64,000 nucleotides of DNA from Eledone cirrhosa (GCA_964016885.1 OZ024762.1:2914001-2978000), one strand, 5' to 3'; counted from the stretch's first letter, positions 1-12,963 are shown. Made by a program: numbers and translations. The notes: a model not told the origin generated them from the sequence alone.

Positions 1-462
1 TATATATATATATGTTTGTGTGTGTGCATATATGTGTGTCTGTAATTATATGTGTGAATGTCTGTATATGTTTGTATATATATATGTGTGTGTATATATA
101 TGTGTGTGTGTGTGTGTATGTATCAGAAAACAAGTATTTTGCTAAAAATGTCCTGCTTATTTGTTTTAAAAAAAAACAATAAAAATTGTTAGTTTTTTTC
201 GTTATACTTTATATTTTTATTTGTATGTTTTTCTCTTTGATTTTCTGTTAAAGTAAATTGATCATAAATCATAAGAGTGAGGTGGGGGTCGGGTGGGGGT
301 TGGAAGGGGGTGGAGGAAACTTAAATAAATAAAATAAATAAAAATTATATGTAATAAACAAATAAATAGATAAAAATAAAATTTAGAAAAAAATATATAT
401 GTATACATTTATGTGTGTTTGTATATATATACATATATATATACATACATATATATATATAC

Positions 463-509
<47 letters not shown>

Positions 510-556
510 AATATATATATATATATATACACATATATATATATATATATATACAC

Positions 557-587
<31 letters not shown>

Positions 588-661
588 TGTATATATACAT
601 ATATATACACACATATATATATACACACACATATACATATATATATATACACACACATATA

Positions 662-692
<31 letters not shown>

Positions 693-890
693 GTTTGTGT
701 GTGTATATATATATATATAAATAAACTATAAAAAGGGAGCAACAGTGAAGAAAAGAAAACTGCTATAATTAGGAATTTGACACAGCAAAACTTAAACAAA
801 ATGTCCGCCATTTGTTTTCTTGTTTTTCTTTATTTTCATATCAGATATTGTTTTAAAATTTTAGTCGATAGTTTTCTTATTTTATTTTAT

Positions 891-930
<40 letters not shown>

Positions 931-977
931 CTATATCTCTCTCTCTATATATATATATAGATATATAGATATATATT

Positions 978-1026
<49 letters not shown>

Positions 1027-1740
1027 CAGCATAGTTTTGTTTTTTAGAAAAGAAAAAAAATCTGTAAAAATGAATGTGGGAGGTGGAGAGGCGAGGCATG
1101 GGGGCTGGGTGGGGTGGGGTGGTACCATGGGAAGGGGTGGAGTAATTATAGTGAAAGTGTTTCTGGAATGAATCGTGTCTGATGAAAGATTATTACAGGA
1201 TTTTGGTATTCTGTGAGTTTATTGGATATTAAATGGTATGGCTTGGTGGTGGGTGGGGGCTATGGGTTTTTTTGGCGGGGGGGGGGGATTGTTTTTGGTG
1301 GAGGTGGTGGTGTTGTTGTGGGTGGTGGTAGTGTTGGTGTTTGTGGTGTTAGTGATGGTGGTGGCAGTGTTGGTGTTTGTGGTGTTAGTGGTGGTAGTGT
1401 TGGTGGTGGTGGTGGTGGTAGTGGTGTTGGTGTTGTTGGTGTTGGTGTTGTTGTTGTTGGTGTTGTTAGTTTTGTTGGTCTGACTTGTTTCTTTAGAATC
1501 AACAAAAGTTTGAAAGAGAAGAAGACAGAAGTGTTTAAGGAAGAGTCTATTGTTAGTCATCTCTGTAAAAGAGGTATACCTGTTGCCATCTCTCCTGCTC
1601 TCCCCATCTTTCACTATTAAAGGATTTAGGGGCCTGGCAGACAGAATAGAGAAGTTGTTTCCCCAGAGGATGGTGAGGGAGATGTGCTGGAAAAGCCATT
1701 CCAGCTCACGTGGTTCACACCTGCAGGTAGCCAGCTCTGT

Positions 1741-2916
1741 GCCGATGGTGCTGAGTAGGGAGGTGGTCCTAGGGCCAAGGACACCAGAAGCCGATGGTGC
1801 TGAGTAGGGAGGTGGTCCTAGGGCCAAGGACACCAGAAGCCGATGGTGGTGAGTAGGGAGGTGGTCCTAGGGCCAAGGACACCAGAAGCCGATGGTGCTG
1901 AGTAGGGAGGTGGTCCTAGGGCCAAGGACACCAGAAGCCGATGGTGGTGAATAGGGAGGTGGTCCTAGGGCCAAGGACACCAGAAGCCGATGGTGGTGAG
2001 TAGGGAGGTGGTCCTAGGGCCAAGGACACCAGAAGCCGATGGTGCTGAGTAGGGAGGTGGTCCTAGGGCCAAGGACACCAGAAGCCGATGGTGGTGAATA
2101 GGGAGGTGGTCCTAGGGCCAAGGACACCAGAAGCCGATGGTGGTGAATAGGGAGGTGGTCCTAGGGCCAAGGACACCAGAAGCCGATGGTGGTGAATAGG
2201 GAGGTGGTCCTAGGGCCAAGGACACCAGAAGCCGATGGTGGTGAATAGGCAGGTGGTCCTAGGGCCAAGGACACCAGAAGCCGATGGTGGTGAATAGGGA
2301 GGTGGTCCTAGGGCCAAGGACACCAGAAGCCGATGGTGGTGAATAGGCAGGTGGTCCTAGGGCCAAGGACACCAGAAGCCGATGGTGGTGAATAGGGAGG
2401 TGGTCCTAGGGCCAAGGACACCAGAAGCCGATGGTGGTGAATAGGCAGGTGGTCCTAGGGCCAAGGACACCAGAAGCCGATGGTGGTGAATAGGGAGGTG
2501 GTCCTAGGGCCAAGGACACCAGAAGCCGATGGTGGTGAATAGGCAGGTGGTCCTAGGGCCAAGGACACCAGAAGCCGATGGTGGTGAATAGGGAGGTGGT
2601 CCTAGGGCCAAGGACACCAGAAGCCGATGGTGGTGAATAGGGAGGTGGTCCTAGGGCCAAGGACACCAGAAGCCGATGGTGGTGAATAGGGAGGTGGTCC
2701 TAGGGCCAAGGACACCAGAAGCCGATGGTGGTGAATAGGGAGGTGGTCCTAGGGCCAAGGACACCAGAAGCCGATGGTGGTGAATAGGGAGGTGGTCCTA
2801 GGGCCAAGGACACCAGAAGCCGATGGTGGTGAATAGGGAGGTGGTCCTAGGGCCAAGGACACCAGAAGCCGATGGTGGTGAATAGGCAGGTGGTCCTAGG
2901 GCCAAGGACACCAGAG
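1741..2916. repeat. 49-bp minisatellite, ~24 copies
   Basis: Unit GCCGATGGTGGTGAATAGGGAGGTGGTCCTAGGGCCAAGGACACCAGAA repeated with few variants. Confidence 0.97.
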
Positions 2917-3219
2917 GTCTCCACTGCTAAAAAGGAGAGAGAATGATAGAAAGACAGCAAAAAAGAAGGAAATAATCAAAGAATAACAGAGAAATGAAGA
3001 ATGGAAGAATGAACTATGAAGGAAATAGAGAGAGAGAAAGTGAGAGAGAGAGAGCCAACTCTGTTCAATTTATAACATTTCCTGTAAATAATGTTTTAAG
3101 AGAAGATACGGAAGGAACTGAATTAAAGGATTCTATTTATTTATTTATTTAATTATTTCTGTAATTAATTAATTAATGAGAACGAGGTCAGATAAATGAG
3201 GTGAACTTTCAACAAGATG

Positions 3220-3582
3220 GTGTCTTTGATGAGAGATATGTAAGTCAAGAGAGAAGACTGCACTGGTATGGACATGTGATGTTGAAGTCAGTGGAAGGAA
3301 GCTGCAGTAGAGGAAGACCTGGGCAGGGAGAGGAATCAGTTGTAGTGAAGAAGAGAGGAGACTGCTCTGGTATGGACATGTGATGTGTCTGGAGGAGGAA
3401 GTGTCAGATGATGCAAGTGGAAAGAAGCTGCAGTAGAGGAAGTCCGAGGAAGACCCAGTGAAAGCTGATCTGAAAATGCTGAACCTCACAAAGAAGATGA
3501 CAAAGGAACATTACCAGTGAGGGGAGGAGCTGTCAGACCCATGCTGGAATGGAAAGGTGGGCCTAAAATGACGATGATGATG
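3220..3582 (+). mobile_element. Degenerate RTE LINE 3' fragment with internal duplication
   Basis: Encodes QERRLHWYGHVM, like QERWLRCYGHVM of the RTE at 23.7-24.0 kb; ends in an (ATG)n tail. Confidence 0.7.
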
Positions 3583-3825
3583 TGGACACAAGCATGGAGG
3601 TGTGGGGAGTAGGTGTGGTTGTGAGGGGTGAAGATATGGGAGTTATATGTAATGGGGTTAGTGGTAGGAAGGGCATCCAGCTAAACAAAGGGTTGTGGGG
3701 GACCCTTCAGTTGTGTCAATGACATGACATCCTCTCTTGTGTACCCAGCCTGTCAGTAGCCCCCTCTCAGTACAGACTTGCTCTATGAAGACCTTTCCAA
3801 CCCTTGCTAGGGAAGGTGGATGTTA

Positions 3826-4163
3826 AATGATGATGATGGTGGCAATGGTGATTGTAATTATGTTTGTGGTGGTGGTGGTGGTGGTGGTGGTGATGATGAT
3901 GATTGTAATTATGTTTGTGATGGTGGTGGTGGTGGTGATGATGATTGTAATTGTTTGTGATGGTGGTGGTGGTGATGATGATTGTAATTATGTTTGTGAT
4001 GGTGGTGGTGGTGATGATGATGATGATTGTAATTATGTTTGTGATGGTGGTGGTGGTGATGATGATGATGATTGTAATTATGTTTGTGATGGTGGTGGTG
4101 GTGATTGTAATTATGGTGATGATGATGATGATTGTAATTGTGGTGGTGATGGTGATGATGATG
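3826..4163. repeat. GGT/GAT-based compound repeat
   Basis: Repeated GATTGTAATTATGTTTGTGATGGTGGT. Confidence 0.9.
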
Positions 4164-4373
4164 TATAAATATATGACTGACTGAATACAGACATGATTTT
4201 TTTCTAAAAAAGGAGTTCTTTAAATACGGGGCCAGGGGGAACAAGTCCTTATATTAGCAGGGACATTAACGCCAACAATAATAACCCTTTTTTTTCAAAC
4301 CATAAAAAAATTGAACTCCCATACATTGATATATGACGAGAGAGTTCATTGTATGTAAACATATATATATATA

Positions 4374-4437
<64 letters not shown>

Positions 4438-4440
4438 TAT

Positions 4441-4656
4441 ATAACAAAGGAATTGTGGTAAGGAACCAAATGGACCATAACGCACCGGAGTACTCAATAC
4501 TTAGGGTAGTAGAGTTCGAAATGACCGTGACGGCTATTTCTGGACTATATATATATATATATATATATATGAAAAAGTATGACCCCGACGGCAGAGCTCA
4601 AGCCGTATATATATTATGAAATACTGTTGGCTTCATGCTCACAATAATTTCTATAC

Positions 4657-4690
<34 letters not shown>

Positions 4691-4764
4691 CGAAGGAAAT
4701 GTGGTAAGGAACCAGGTGGACCATAACGCACCAAAGTACTCAATACTTGAGGTAGTAGAGTGGG

Positions 4765-4768
<4 letters not shown>
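4441..4768 (-). mobile_element. Cluster of short 3'-terminal fragments of the Naiad-type PLE in (TA)n
   Basis: 4441-4545, 4571-4605 and 4688-4768 match 11420-11560, whose 11500-11560 part is the reverse complement of the PLE 3' end at ~50255-50313. Confidence 0.8.
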
Positions 4769-4805
<37 letters not shown>

Positions 4806-4809
<4 letters not shown>

Positions 4810-5136
4810 GGAGGTGAGTTTTATTGTAGCACAATAAAGCAATGCAAATATCGGATAAGTAGCACTCTACAGTTTGTAGGACTGGAGTATAAATAATATA
4901 AGTTGATTTAAAACTTCACTATTTATATATGTATATATACAAACACAATCTCTCTATATACATATATATATATGGATATGTTGATTTAAAACTTCACTAT
5001 TCACAATTTTTTTTTAACCTTCATATCATGTATCCCTATTTTATCTGATGAAAACGCAGATATCATCTCATGATGATATTTGTTTTTGAAATGCGCATAA
5101 TAAAATACTTGGAACTCTTTTAACCATCTTTTGATC

Positions 5137-5146
<10 letters not shown>
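4806..5146. mobile_element. HHR-bearing short element (family B): inverted 3' tail followed by HHR-containing body
   Basis: 4806-4890 is the reverse complement of ~10177-10261; 4975-5140 matches 10003-10170 and 10541-10708. Confidence 0.8.
5037..5107 (+). ncRNA. Type I hammerhead ribozyme, family B, palindromic minimal stem III
   Basis: TATTTTAT-CTGATGA-long stem II (GCAGATATCATC/GATGATATTTGT)-GAAA-TGCGCA-TA-ATAAAATA; predicted cleavage after AUA at 5099. Confidence 0.85.
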
Positions 5147-5193
<47 letters not shown>

Positions 5194-5501
5194 TCATATA
5201 GACACACACATACACACACAGAGGTGTGTGTATGTGTGTGTGTGTGGGTGTATTTTTTTTTCTTACCTGGCAATGTAATTTTTTCATTTCGACAATGTAA
5301 TTAAGATTATTCGCTGAGATAAACCCAGCAATTAGAGAATCAACATTAGGTACATTCTATTGCTGACTATTGCTTCCCCCCCCCCCGCTCTCTCTCTCTC
5401 TCTCTCTCTCTCACACTCTCTCTCACTCACTGTCTCTCTCTCTCTCTATATATATATATACACACACACACACACAGATATAAATATACACACACACAAA
5501 C

Positions 5502-5538
<37 letters not shown>

Positions 5539-5835
5539 TGTATATATGTGTGTGTATATATGTAGGTGTATATATATATATATATGTGTGTGTGTATATA
5601 TGTAGGTGTATATATATATATATATGTGTGTGTGTATATGTAGGTGTATATATATATATACACATAAATAAATGCAATTATACAATCAAGTAGAAAAGAA
5701 TTCGGAAACAAATTAATTAATTATTTAATTTGGAAAACTAATTAATCGCGTAATTCAAACAGCAGGAGATGGCGACCCTAGGTAAATAATAAACGACAAA
5801 GTATGTTGAACAGATTTGATTAGCAGTTGACTGGG

Positions 5836-6495
5836 TGGAGTGGTGGTGGTGGTTGTTGTGGTGGTGGTAGTGGTGGTGGTGGTGGTGGTGGTGGTGGTGG
5901 TGGTGGTGGTGGTGGTAGTGGTGGTAGTGGTGGTGGTAGTGGTGGTGGTGGTGGTGGTGGTGGTGGTGGTGGCGGCGGTGGTGGTGGTGGTGGAGGTAGT
6001 GGTGGTGGTGGTGGAGGTAGTGGTGGTGGTGGTGGCGGCGGTGGTGGTGGTGGTAGTGGCGGTGGTGGTAGTGGTGGTGGTAGTGGTGGTGGTGGTGGTG
6101 GTGGTGGTGGAGGTAGTGGTGGTGGTGGTGGCGGCGGTGGTGGTGGTGGAGGTAGTGGTGGTGGTGGTGGCGGCGGTGGTGGTGGTGGTAGTGGCGGTGG
6201 TGGTAGTGGTGGTTGTTGTGGTGGTGGTAGTGGTGGTGGTGGTAGTGGTAGTGGTGGTGGTGGTAGTGGTGGTGGTAGTGGTGGTGGTGGTGGTGGTGGT
6301 GGTGGTGGTGGTGGTGGTGGTGGTGGTGGCGGCGGTGGTGGTGGTGGTAGTGGCGGTGGTGGTAGTGGTGGTGGTGGTGGTGGTGGTAGTGGCGGTGGTG
6401 GTAGTGGTGGTGGTGGTGGTGATGGCGGCGGTGATGGTGGTGATGGTAGTGGTGGTGGTGGTGGTAGTGGTGGTAGTGGTGGTGGTGGTAGTGGT
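5836..6495. repeat. (GGT)n microsatellite
   Basis: Direct inspection; source of the poly-G/P/V ORFs. Confidence 0.97.
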
Positions 6496-6526
6496 TGCTG
6501 TGTTGCTATTTTTGTGGCTGACGACT

Positions 6527-6672
6527 GTTTCATCTTTTATTTCTCATTCTATCTTCTGATGAAGGACCAGTGTCTAAAACAAAGACTCTCTCCCTACTTT
6601 ATCAAGCGTTAAACTAATATAGTTCTCCATTGCACTGTGTTGTTTGCTTTCTTGTTTCTGTTTACTTTCTAC
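6527..6672 (+). mobile_element. Family C PLE-like terminal fragment with decayed HHR (6552-6586)
   Basis: Aligns with the reverse complement of 52781-52925; TCTT-CTGATGA-AGGAC..GTCT-AAAAC-AAAGA, GAAA lost. Confidence 0.7.
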
Positions 6673-6889
6673 ATACATGTACAGAGAGACAGACACATAC
6701 AGACACATATGTGCAGAGACACAGACACACACACACACACACACATGTACACAAACACCTTCACACACATATACAGATATTGACACACTCACATACATAT
6801 GTACAGATAATTACAGACACACACAGAAAGAGAATCAGGGTGTGTATGTGTGTGTGTGTGTGTGTATCTGTCTGTGTGTGTGTGTGTCT

Positions 6890-7452
6890 ATGTATGTATG
6901 TCTATGTATGTATGTGTATGTCCCTATGTCTATATGTATGTGTGTCTACGTGTGTGTATGTCTATGTAAGTATGTGTATGTCCCTATGTCTATATGTATG
7001 TGTGTGTGTGTATGTATGTATGTGTATGTCCCTATGTCTATATGTATGTGTGTCTACGTGTGTGTATGTCTATGTAAGTATGTGTATGTCCCTATGTCTA
7101 TATGTATGTGTGTGTGTATGTATGTATGTGTATGTCCCTATGTCTATATGTATGTGTGTCTACGTGTGTGTGTGTCTATGTAAGTATGTGTACGTCCCTA
7201 TGTCTATATATATGTATGTGTCTGCGTGTATGTCTATGTATGTATGTGTATGTCCCTATGTCTATATGTATATGTGTCTACGTGTGTGTATGTCTATGTA
7301 AGTATGTGTATGTCCCTATGTCTATATATATGTGTATGTGTGTATATCTATGTATGTATGTGTATGTCCCTATGTCTATATATATGTGTCTGCGTGTGTG
7401 TGTGTGTCTATGTATGTATGTGTATGTCTATATGTATGTGTCTGCGTGTGTG
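6890..7452. repeat. TG-rich compound minisatellite
   Basis: Repeated TATGTGTATGTCCCTATGTCTATA blocks. Confidence 0.85.
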
Positions 7453-7618
7453 TCCAGATCAAGTAGTGACTTAGTGTCAAACAATAAACAACTTAATTGT
7501 AGCAAATCAGATTATGTGATTAGAGGGGAGAGGAGGGACGGGGGGGTATTTATCTGAGTACACACACACATATATATCCACACATACACATATACCTCTC
7601 ATATACATATACACACAT

Positions 7619-7665
<47 letters not shown>

Positions 7666-7709
7666 AGCAAGACAATCACTCTTGCCTCAAGTGGGAAAAC
7701 CCCCGTCCA

Positions 7710-7768
7710 AACCCATGCAAGCGTGGAACACGGACGTTAAACGATGATGATGATGATGATGATGATGA
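7710..7768 (+). mobile_element. Very short RTE 3' tail
   Basis: AACCCATGCAAGCGTGGAACACGGACGTTAAAC(GAT)n, similar to the reverse complement of 23408-23459. Confidence 0.7.
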
Positions 7769-7884
7769 TATATATATATATATATATATATGGATATATA
7801 AATATATATATATGTGTATATATATACATATATATATATCCACACATACACATATACCTCTCATATACATATACACACACATAC

Positions 7885-7959
<75 letters not shown>

Positions 7960-8091
7960 GTGCAAAAGTTCTATTTAAATTGTTGGGATGCAACAAGCAA
8001 ATATTTTTATAACTGATATAAAGCACTCAACAAATTATTGGAGTAAACATACGATATTAACAAATGGAAACTATATTTATAAAACCATATT

Positions 8092-8156
8092 TATTTCATT
8101 ATACATATTTCAAGGACACCAAGTTAAATTATGGTGTGCTTTCATCAGATAAAATA
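8092..8156 (-). ncRNA. Type I hammerhead ribozyme
   Basis: Minus strand: TATTTTAT-CTGATGA-AAGCACACC..GGTGTCCTT-GAAA-TATGTA-TA-ATGAAATA. Confidence 0.75.
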
Positions 8157-8243
8157 TAATATAGATCAGTTTTATAAATAAAAAGAATGCAACCATTTCT
8201 GTTGGAAGCTCCCGGATAGTATTTATAAAACTGATCTATATTA

Positions 8244-8308
8244 TATTTTATCTGATGAAAGCACACCATAATTTAACTTGGTCTCCTTGAAATATGTATA
8301 ATGAAATA
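8244..8308 (+). ncRNA. Type I hammerhead ribozyme (mirror copy)
   Basis: CTGATGA 8252-8258, GAAA 8289-8292, stem I TATTTTAT/ATGAAATA. Confidence 0.72.
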
Positions 8309-8445
8309 AATATGGTTTTATAAATATAGTTTCCATTTGTTAATATCGTGTATATATAAATATATATATATATAATTATTTTCAGTTTTGTTTTTTACCT
8401 GGACTACCTTTTATTTTCTGTATCTGTCCTTTGAGATCCTGTCTC

Positions 8446-8485
8446 TGTACTTCTGAAGAAGGACTTAAGCCCGACACGTCGAACA
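8446..8485 (+). ncRNA. Degenerate minimal hammerhead, family C-like
   Basis: CTGAAGA-AGG..CC-GACA-CG-TC; GAAA appears as GACA, stem I weak. Confidence 0.45.
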
Positions 8486-8560
8486 TTCTTTCCCCTTTTC
8501 CATATGAAGCGGGAAATCAATAAGACTTTTTTTTCCCCCGTTTGTCGTTTCCTTGAACTA

Positions 8561-8595
<35 letters not shown>

Positions 8596-8619
8596 AGTAC
8601 ACATACACACACATCTCTT

Positions 8620-8688
<69 letters not shown>

Positions 8689-9027
8689 AATATGATAATA
8701 ATGATGGCTGCGCGTTGCAAATGGTGGTGCATATGAAAAAGTAAGTCCTTCATCAGTGACCCTCCAACCGTCCCAGGCATTTCATCGCTTTAAGGGCCAT
8801 ATGCCTCAGGTTGGTGCGAACAACGGCTAAAAAAAGTCGTTGGGACACGTAAATAAAGAGAACGCTAGGGTGAACAAACAAAATGGTTTAAGCAACAGAA
8901 AGTGAGAAGAAAGAGACAAGTCCCAAATTTCTATGAATATAAACTCGGTGAAATCGTGAACAAGAGACAAAAGACCATCAAACCTGGTTGAAATGTGAGC
9001 AAGGAAAGAATTTCACACAATATATAC

Positions 9028-9079
<52 letters not shown>

Positions 9080-9126
9080 GTATACATAGAGAGAGAGAGA
9101 TAAATCTTTCCCCCCTCTTTCCTTTT

Positions 9127-9181
<55 letters not shown>

Positions 9182-9554
9182 CATAGTGTATAAAGACACA
9201 CATACATACATACATGAATGTATATGTGTATACGCAAGCACACACTAGAATAAAACAATATTAGAAACACCACCATCATCACCACCACCATACAGCAACA
9301 ACCACAATGAACAATAACAAGACAATATAATAAACCTACATGCCAAAGAGAGGAGGAGTGAGTGGGAGACAGACAGACAGACAGACAGACTGACAAAGAC
9401 AAAGAAATGTTTATATAAAACAAGATTGAAATTTCAAACAAAACAAATTAAAAAGTAAAGAAGAAAAGTAATTCTCAGATTCCAGCGTCTGTTGTTTGGT
9501 CTACTGGTAGGCACTTTCTACCAAGTCTTACTTCACACTGAATATTTAAGTCAT

Positions 9555-9670
<116 letters not shown>

Positions 9671-9700
9671 AGATCAAAAGATGGTTAAAGGAGTTCCATG

Positions 9701-9770
9701 TATTTTATTATGCGCATTTCAAAATCAAACATCATCATGCAATAATATTTGTGTTTTCATCAGATAAAAC
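9701..9770 (-). ncRNA. Type I hammerhead ribozyme, family B, intact core
   Basis: Minus strand: CTGATGA..long stem II..GAAA-TGCGCA-TA-ATAAAATA. Confidence 0.8.
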
Positions 9771-10066
9771 AGGAGAACATGATATGAAGGCTAAAAAACA
9801 CTTGTGGATAGTGCAGTTTTAAATCAACATATGTGCAAAGGGGGAAAATGAGAAGCAAATGAACACTATGCAGATGTCTAATGATACACACACATACACA
9901 CACACGCACATGTGGTTATCTGCTTAGATAACGAAATATAAACCCAGACCTTACATATTTTAACATTCCCAAGATTTATATAATCTAGAATACCATCCTT
10001 CAGGATATGTTGATTTAAAACTGCACTATCCACAAGTGTTTTTTAGCCTTCATATCATGTTCTCCT

Positions 10067-10136
10067 GTTTTATCGGATGAAAACACAAATATTATTGCAT
10101 GATGATGTTTGTTTTTGAAATGCGCATAATAAAATA
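10067..10136 (+). ncRNA. Hammerhead, family B, core mutated to CGGATGA
   Basis: Mirror of 9701-9770 with a U4 to G change. Confidence 0.65.
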
Positions 10137-10260
10137 CATGGAACTCCTTTAACCATCTTTTGATCTTATATTATGTATACTCCAGTCCTACAAACTGTAG
10201 AGTGCTTCTTATCCGATATCTGCATTGCTTTATTGTACTACAATAAAACTCACCTCCTAC

Positions 10261-10291
<31 letters not shown>

Positions 10292-10295
<4 letters not shown>

Positions 10296-10460
10296 CAAAG
10301 GAAATGTGGTACGGAACCAGATGAATCATAACGCACCAAAGTACTCAATACTTAGGGTAGTAGAGTGGGTAATAGGAATGAGTAGGGTTTCGACGGCTAA
10401 TTCTGGTCCAGAATTAGCCGTCGAAACGGCTTGAGCTCAGCCGTCGGGGTCCTACTCGTT

Positions 10461-10465
<5 letters not shown>
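10292..10465. mobile_element. Fold-back of the Naiad-type PLE 3' end
   Basis: Palindrome GTTTCGACGGCTAATTCTGG-T-CCAGAATTAGCCGTCGAAAC; outer pair ATAGGAATGAGTAGG/CCTACTCGTTCCTAT; retains the 3' half of the HHR. Confidence 0.8.
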
Positions 10466-10502
<37 letters not shown>

Positions 10503-10603
10503 AACAGAATCTCTCTATATACATATATATATATATATATGGATATATTGATTTAAAACTTCACTATTCACAAGTGTTTTTTAACCTTCATATCATGTAT
10601 CCC

Positions 10604-10674
10604 TATTTTATCTGATGAAAACGCAGATATCATCTCATGATGATATTTGTTTTTGAAATGCGCATAATAAAATA
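10604..10674 (+). ncRNA. Type I hammerhead ribozyme, family B
   Basis: Same sequence as 5037-5107. Confidence 0.85.
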
Positions 10675-10708
10675 CTTGGAACTCTTTTAACCATCTTTTG
10701 ATCTTATA

Positions 10709-10744
<36 letters not shown>

Positions 10745-10769
10745 CAACAGCAGACTGGTGTGAAGGACC

Positions 10770-11012
10770 AATTGAGATCATCAAGAAGGGCAAATATAGA
10801 GGGGCTGGCCATGTCTCTCAACAGGTGGACTATTAGAGTGACAGAGTGGACACCAAGGCAGTGGAGAAGAACCTGGGGGTGGCTAAAGGCCAGAGGGTGT
10901 GATGATGTGGTCAGATACCTCGGCCACACATGGCCCACTATGGACAGAGACAGGAAGTGGTGGAACTCAACCAAGGAGGGTTTCCTCCATGGGAGTGAGA
11001 AGACCCTTGATT
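10770..11012 (+). mobile_element. RTE (BovB-like) LINE C-terminal fragment
   Basis: NRWTIRVTEWTPR...DRDRKWWNSTKEGF resembles RTE C-termini. Confidence 0.65.
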
Positions 11013-11029
11013 TTGGATATATATCTGTC

Positions 11030-11067
<38 letters not shown>

Positions 11068-11382
11068 CGCGTGTGTGTGTGTGTGTGCATGTGTGTGTGT
11101 GTGTGTGTGCATAGAAGAGACAAATATAATACAAGAAAGAGAATTAAAATATGGGTTGAATGAAGAGGAGTTAAACTGAGCAGAATAGCTGGCAAAGGGG
11201 GAAAATGAGAAGCAAATGAACACTATGCAGATGTCTAATAATACACACACACATACACACACACATACACACACACGCACATGTGGTTATCTGCTTAGAT
11301 AACGAAATATAAACCCAGACCTTACATATTTTAACATTCCCAAGATTTATATAATCTAGAATACCATCCTTCAGTTGCTCAC

Positions 11383-11418
<36 letters not shown>

Positions 11419-11419
11419 A

Positions 11420-12100
11420 AACAAAGGAATCGTGGTAAGGAACCAGATGGACCATAACGCACCAGAGTACTCAATAGTTAGGGTAGTAGAGTGGGAAATA
11501 GGAAAAAGTATGACCCCGACGGCAGAGCTCAAGCCGTTTCGACGGCTATTTCTGGACTAAATTAGAATTTTTAGCCTGGTGAATAAATAGCTGTATTTGT
11601 CAACGGGGTACTTCCTTATATGGGAAGATTGTAGTTGTCAAGAGGATTGGTTAAAATTTGTTGTAAACACATGTAAGTCTATCATGACATTTTGTGGGAG
11701 GTAGGGGTGGCTGAACTTGCCTGTAGAACAATAGGGGAGTGAGTGGAGAGGTTGAAAGTGATAAGTATACAGCAGAATCTGAGTATAGAGTATGAAGTGG
11801 AGGATGGAGGTTATAGAATATGTAAATCGAATGAGAGTTGGAGACAATAAAAGATAATAGAAATAATTAAAAATATATATAAATCCAACTTCAGCCGCAA
11901 ACCATCCATTAGGCTTATAAACCCAACGAAGTCGGACATATGGAGAATCAGTAAAAAGATCCTAGACTGAGTTATACCAAAAGTTAAGCAAAACATGAGA
12001 CTTAGCCTATGGGTCAGCTCCCAGGAAATAATCTCATGGTTCAGGAATATGGAGGACAAACGAGACACAAAATTCATCCAGTTTGACATACTTTTTCCTA
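11420..12100. mobile_element. Rearranged Naiad-type PLE copy: 3' UTR on minus strand (11420-~11860), RT fragment on plus strand (~11881-12090)
   Basis: Minus part matches ~49960-50313; plus part reads NFSRKPSIRLINPTKSDIWRISKKILD*VIPKVKQ..FIQFD, matching the RT at 48480-48613. Confidence 0.9.
11506..11613 (-). ncRNA. Hammerhead ribozyme with U3-A8 variant core (second copy)
   Basis: Minus strand: CCCCG-TTGACAA-..-GAAA-CGGC..GCCG-TC-GGGG. Confidence 0.65.
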
Positions 12101-12115
12101 TATATATATCCAGCT

Positions 12116-12447
12116 GGAGGCACATGGCTTAGTGGTTAGAGCATTGGCCTTGCAATCGAAAGGTTGTGAGTTCAATTCTCAGACCGGGTGATGTGTTGTT
12201 CCCTTGAGTAATACACTTTATTTCACATTCCTCCAGTTTACTCAGCTGTAGAAATGAGATGATAGGACTAGGGTCCCTATCATTCCACTGCAAAGTGGTC
12301 ATGTAAGCACCACGGAAAAAAAAGCACCCAGCACTCACTGTAAATGAGGTTGGTGTTAGGAAGGGCATCCAGCTGTAGAAATCAAGCCAGAATCAGTTCC
12401 TGTCCCACCCTTGCAACAGGGAAAAGGGGACGTGTAATGAATGATGA
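12116..12447 (+). mobile_element. tRNA-headed SINE with Meta-like domain and RTE-derived tail
   Basis: Box A TGGCTTAGTGG, box B GAGTTCAATTC, GTTAGGAAGGGCATCCAGC; three near-identical copies in the window. Confidence 0.9.
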
Positions 12448-12511
12448 ATGTTCATATGTACAGCAAAATAATTGTGTTCCGCTTTGCAAATGTCAGTGAC
12501 ATGTGTTTTTG

Positions 12512-12543
<32 letters not shown>

Positions 12544-12691
12544 CATATATATAGATAGATATATAGATAGATATATAGATAACTACCTAGCCCACCTAGC
12601 TAGCTACCTACGCACATACTTTCTCACCTGATTACCAACCCGTATGTCTACATACATATATATATATATATATAATGTCTATACACATATA

Positions 12692-12737
<46 letters not shown>

Positions 12738-12774
12738 GTCTATACACATATATATATATATATGTGTATACACT

Positions 12775-12817
<43 letters not shown>

Positions 12818-12963
12818 GTAATCTATGCAGTATCTCTATCTCCAATGCAGGTGTCTATTTTGTTATCTGTAACCAGTTTAGAAATTATTCCAACTCTTTA
12901 TAGATTTTAATCAATTCCTTCTTAGTTTATTCCTTTCTTTCTCTCTTTCTTCCTTTCTTTCTT

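Larger units (their letters stand above)
8051..8349. repeat. Fold-back inverted repeat, 130-bp arms, 39-bp spacer
   Basis: 8051-8180 is the near-perfect reverse complement of 8220-8349; each arm holds an HHR. Confidence 0.95.

Noticed and set aside
5270-5316. Minus-strand micro-exon with CAG|GTAAG donor
   Set aside because: Too short, weak acceptor, no partner exons found
8740-8762. CTGATGAAGGAC on the minus strand as an HHR
   Set aside because: No GAAA, stem III or stem I partner follows; at most a truncated remnant
12116-12190. tRNA gene (also at 19197 and 30614)
   Set aside because: A/B boxes are SINE heads continuing into a SINE body and LINE-derived tail
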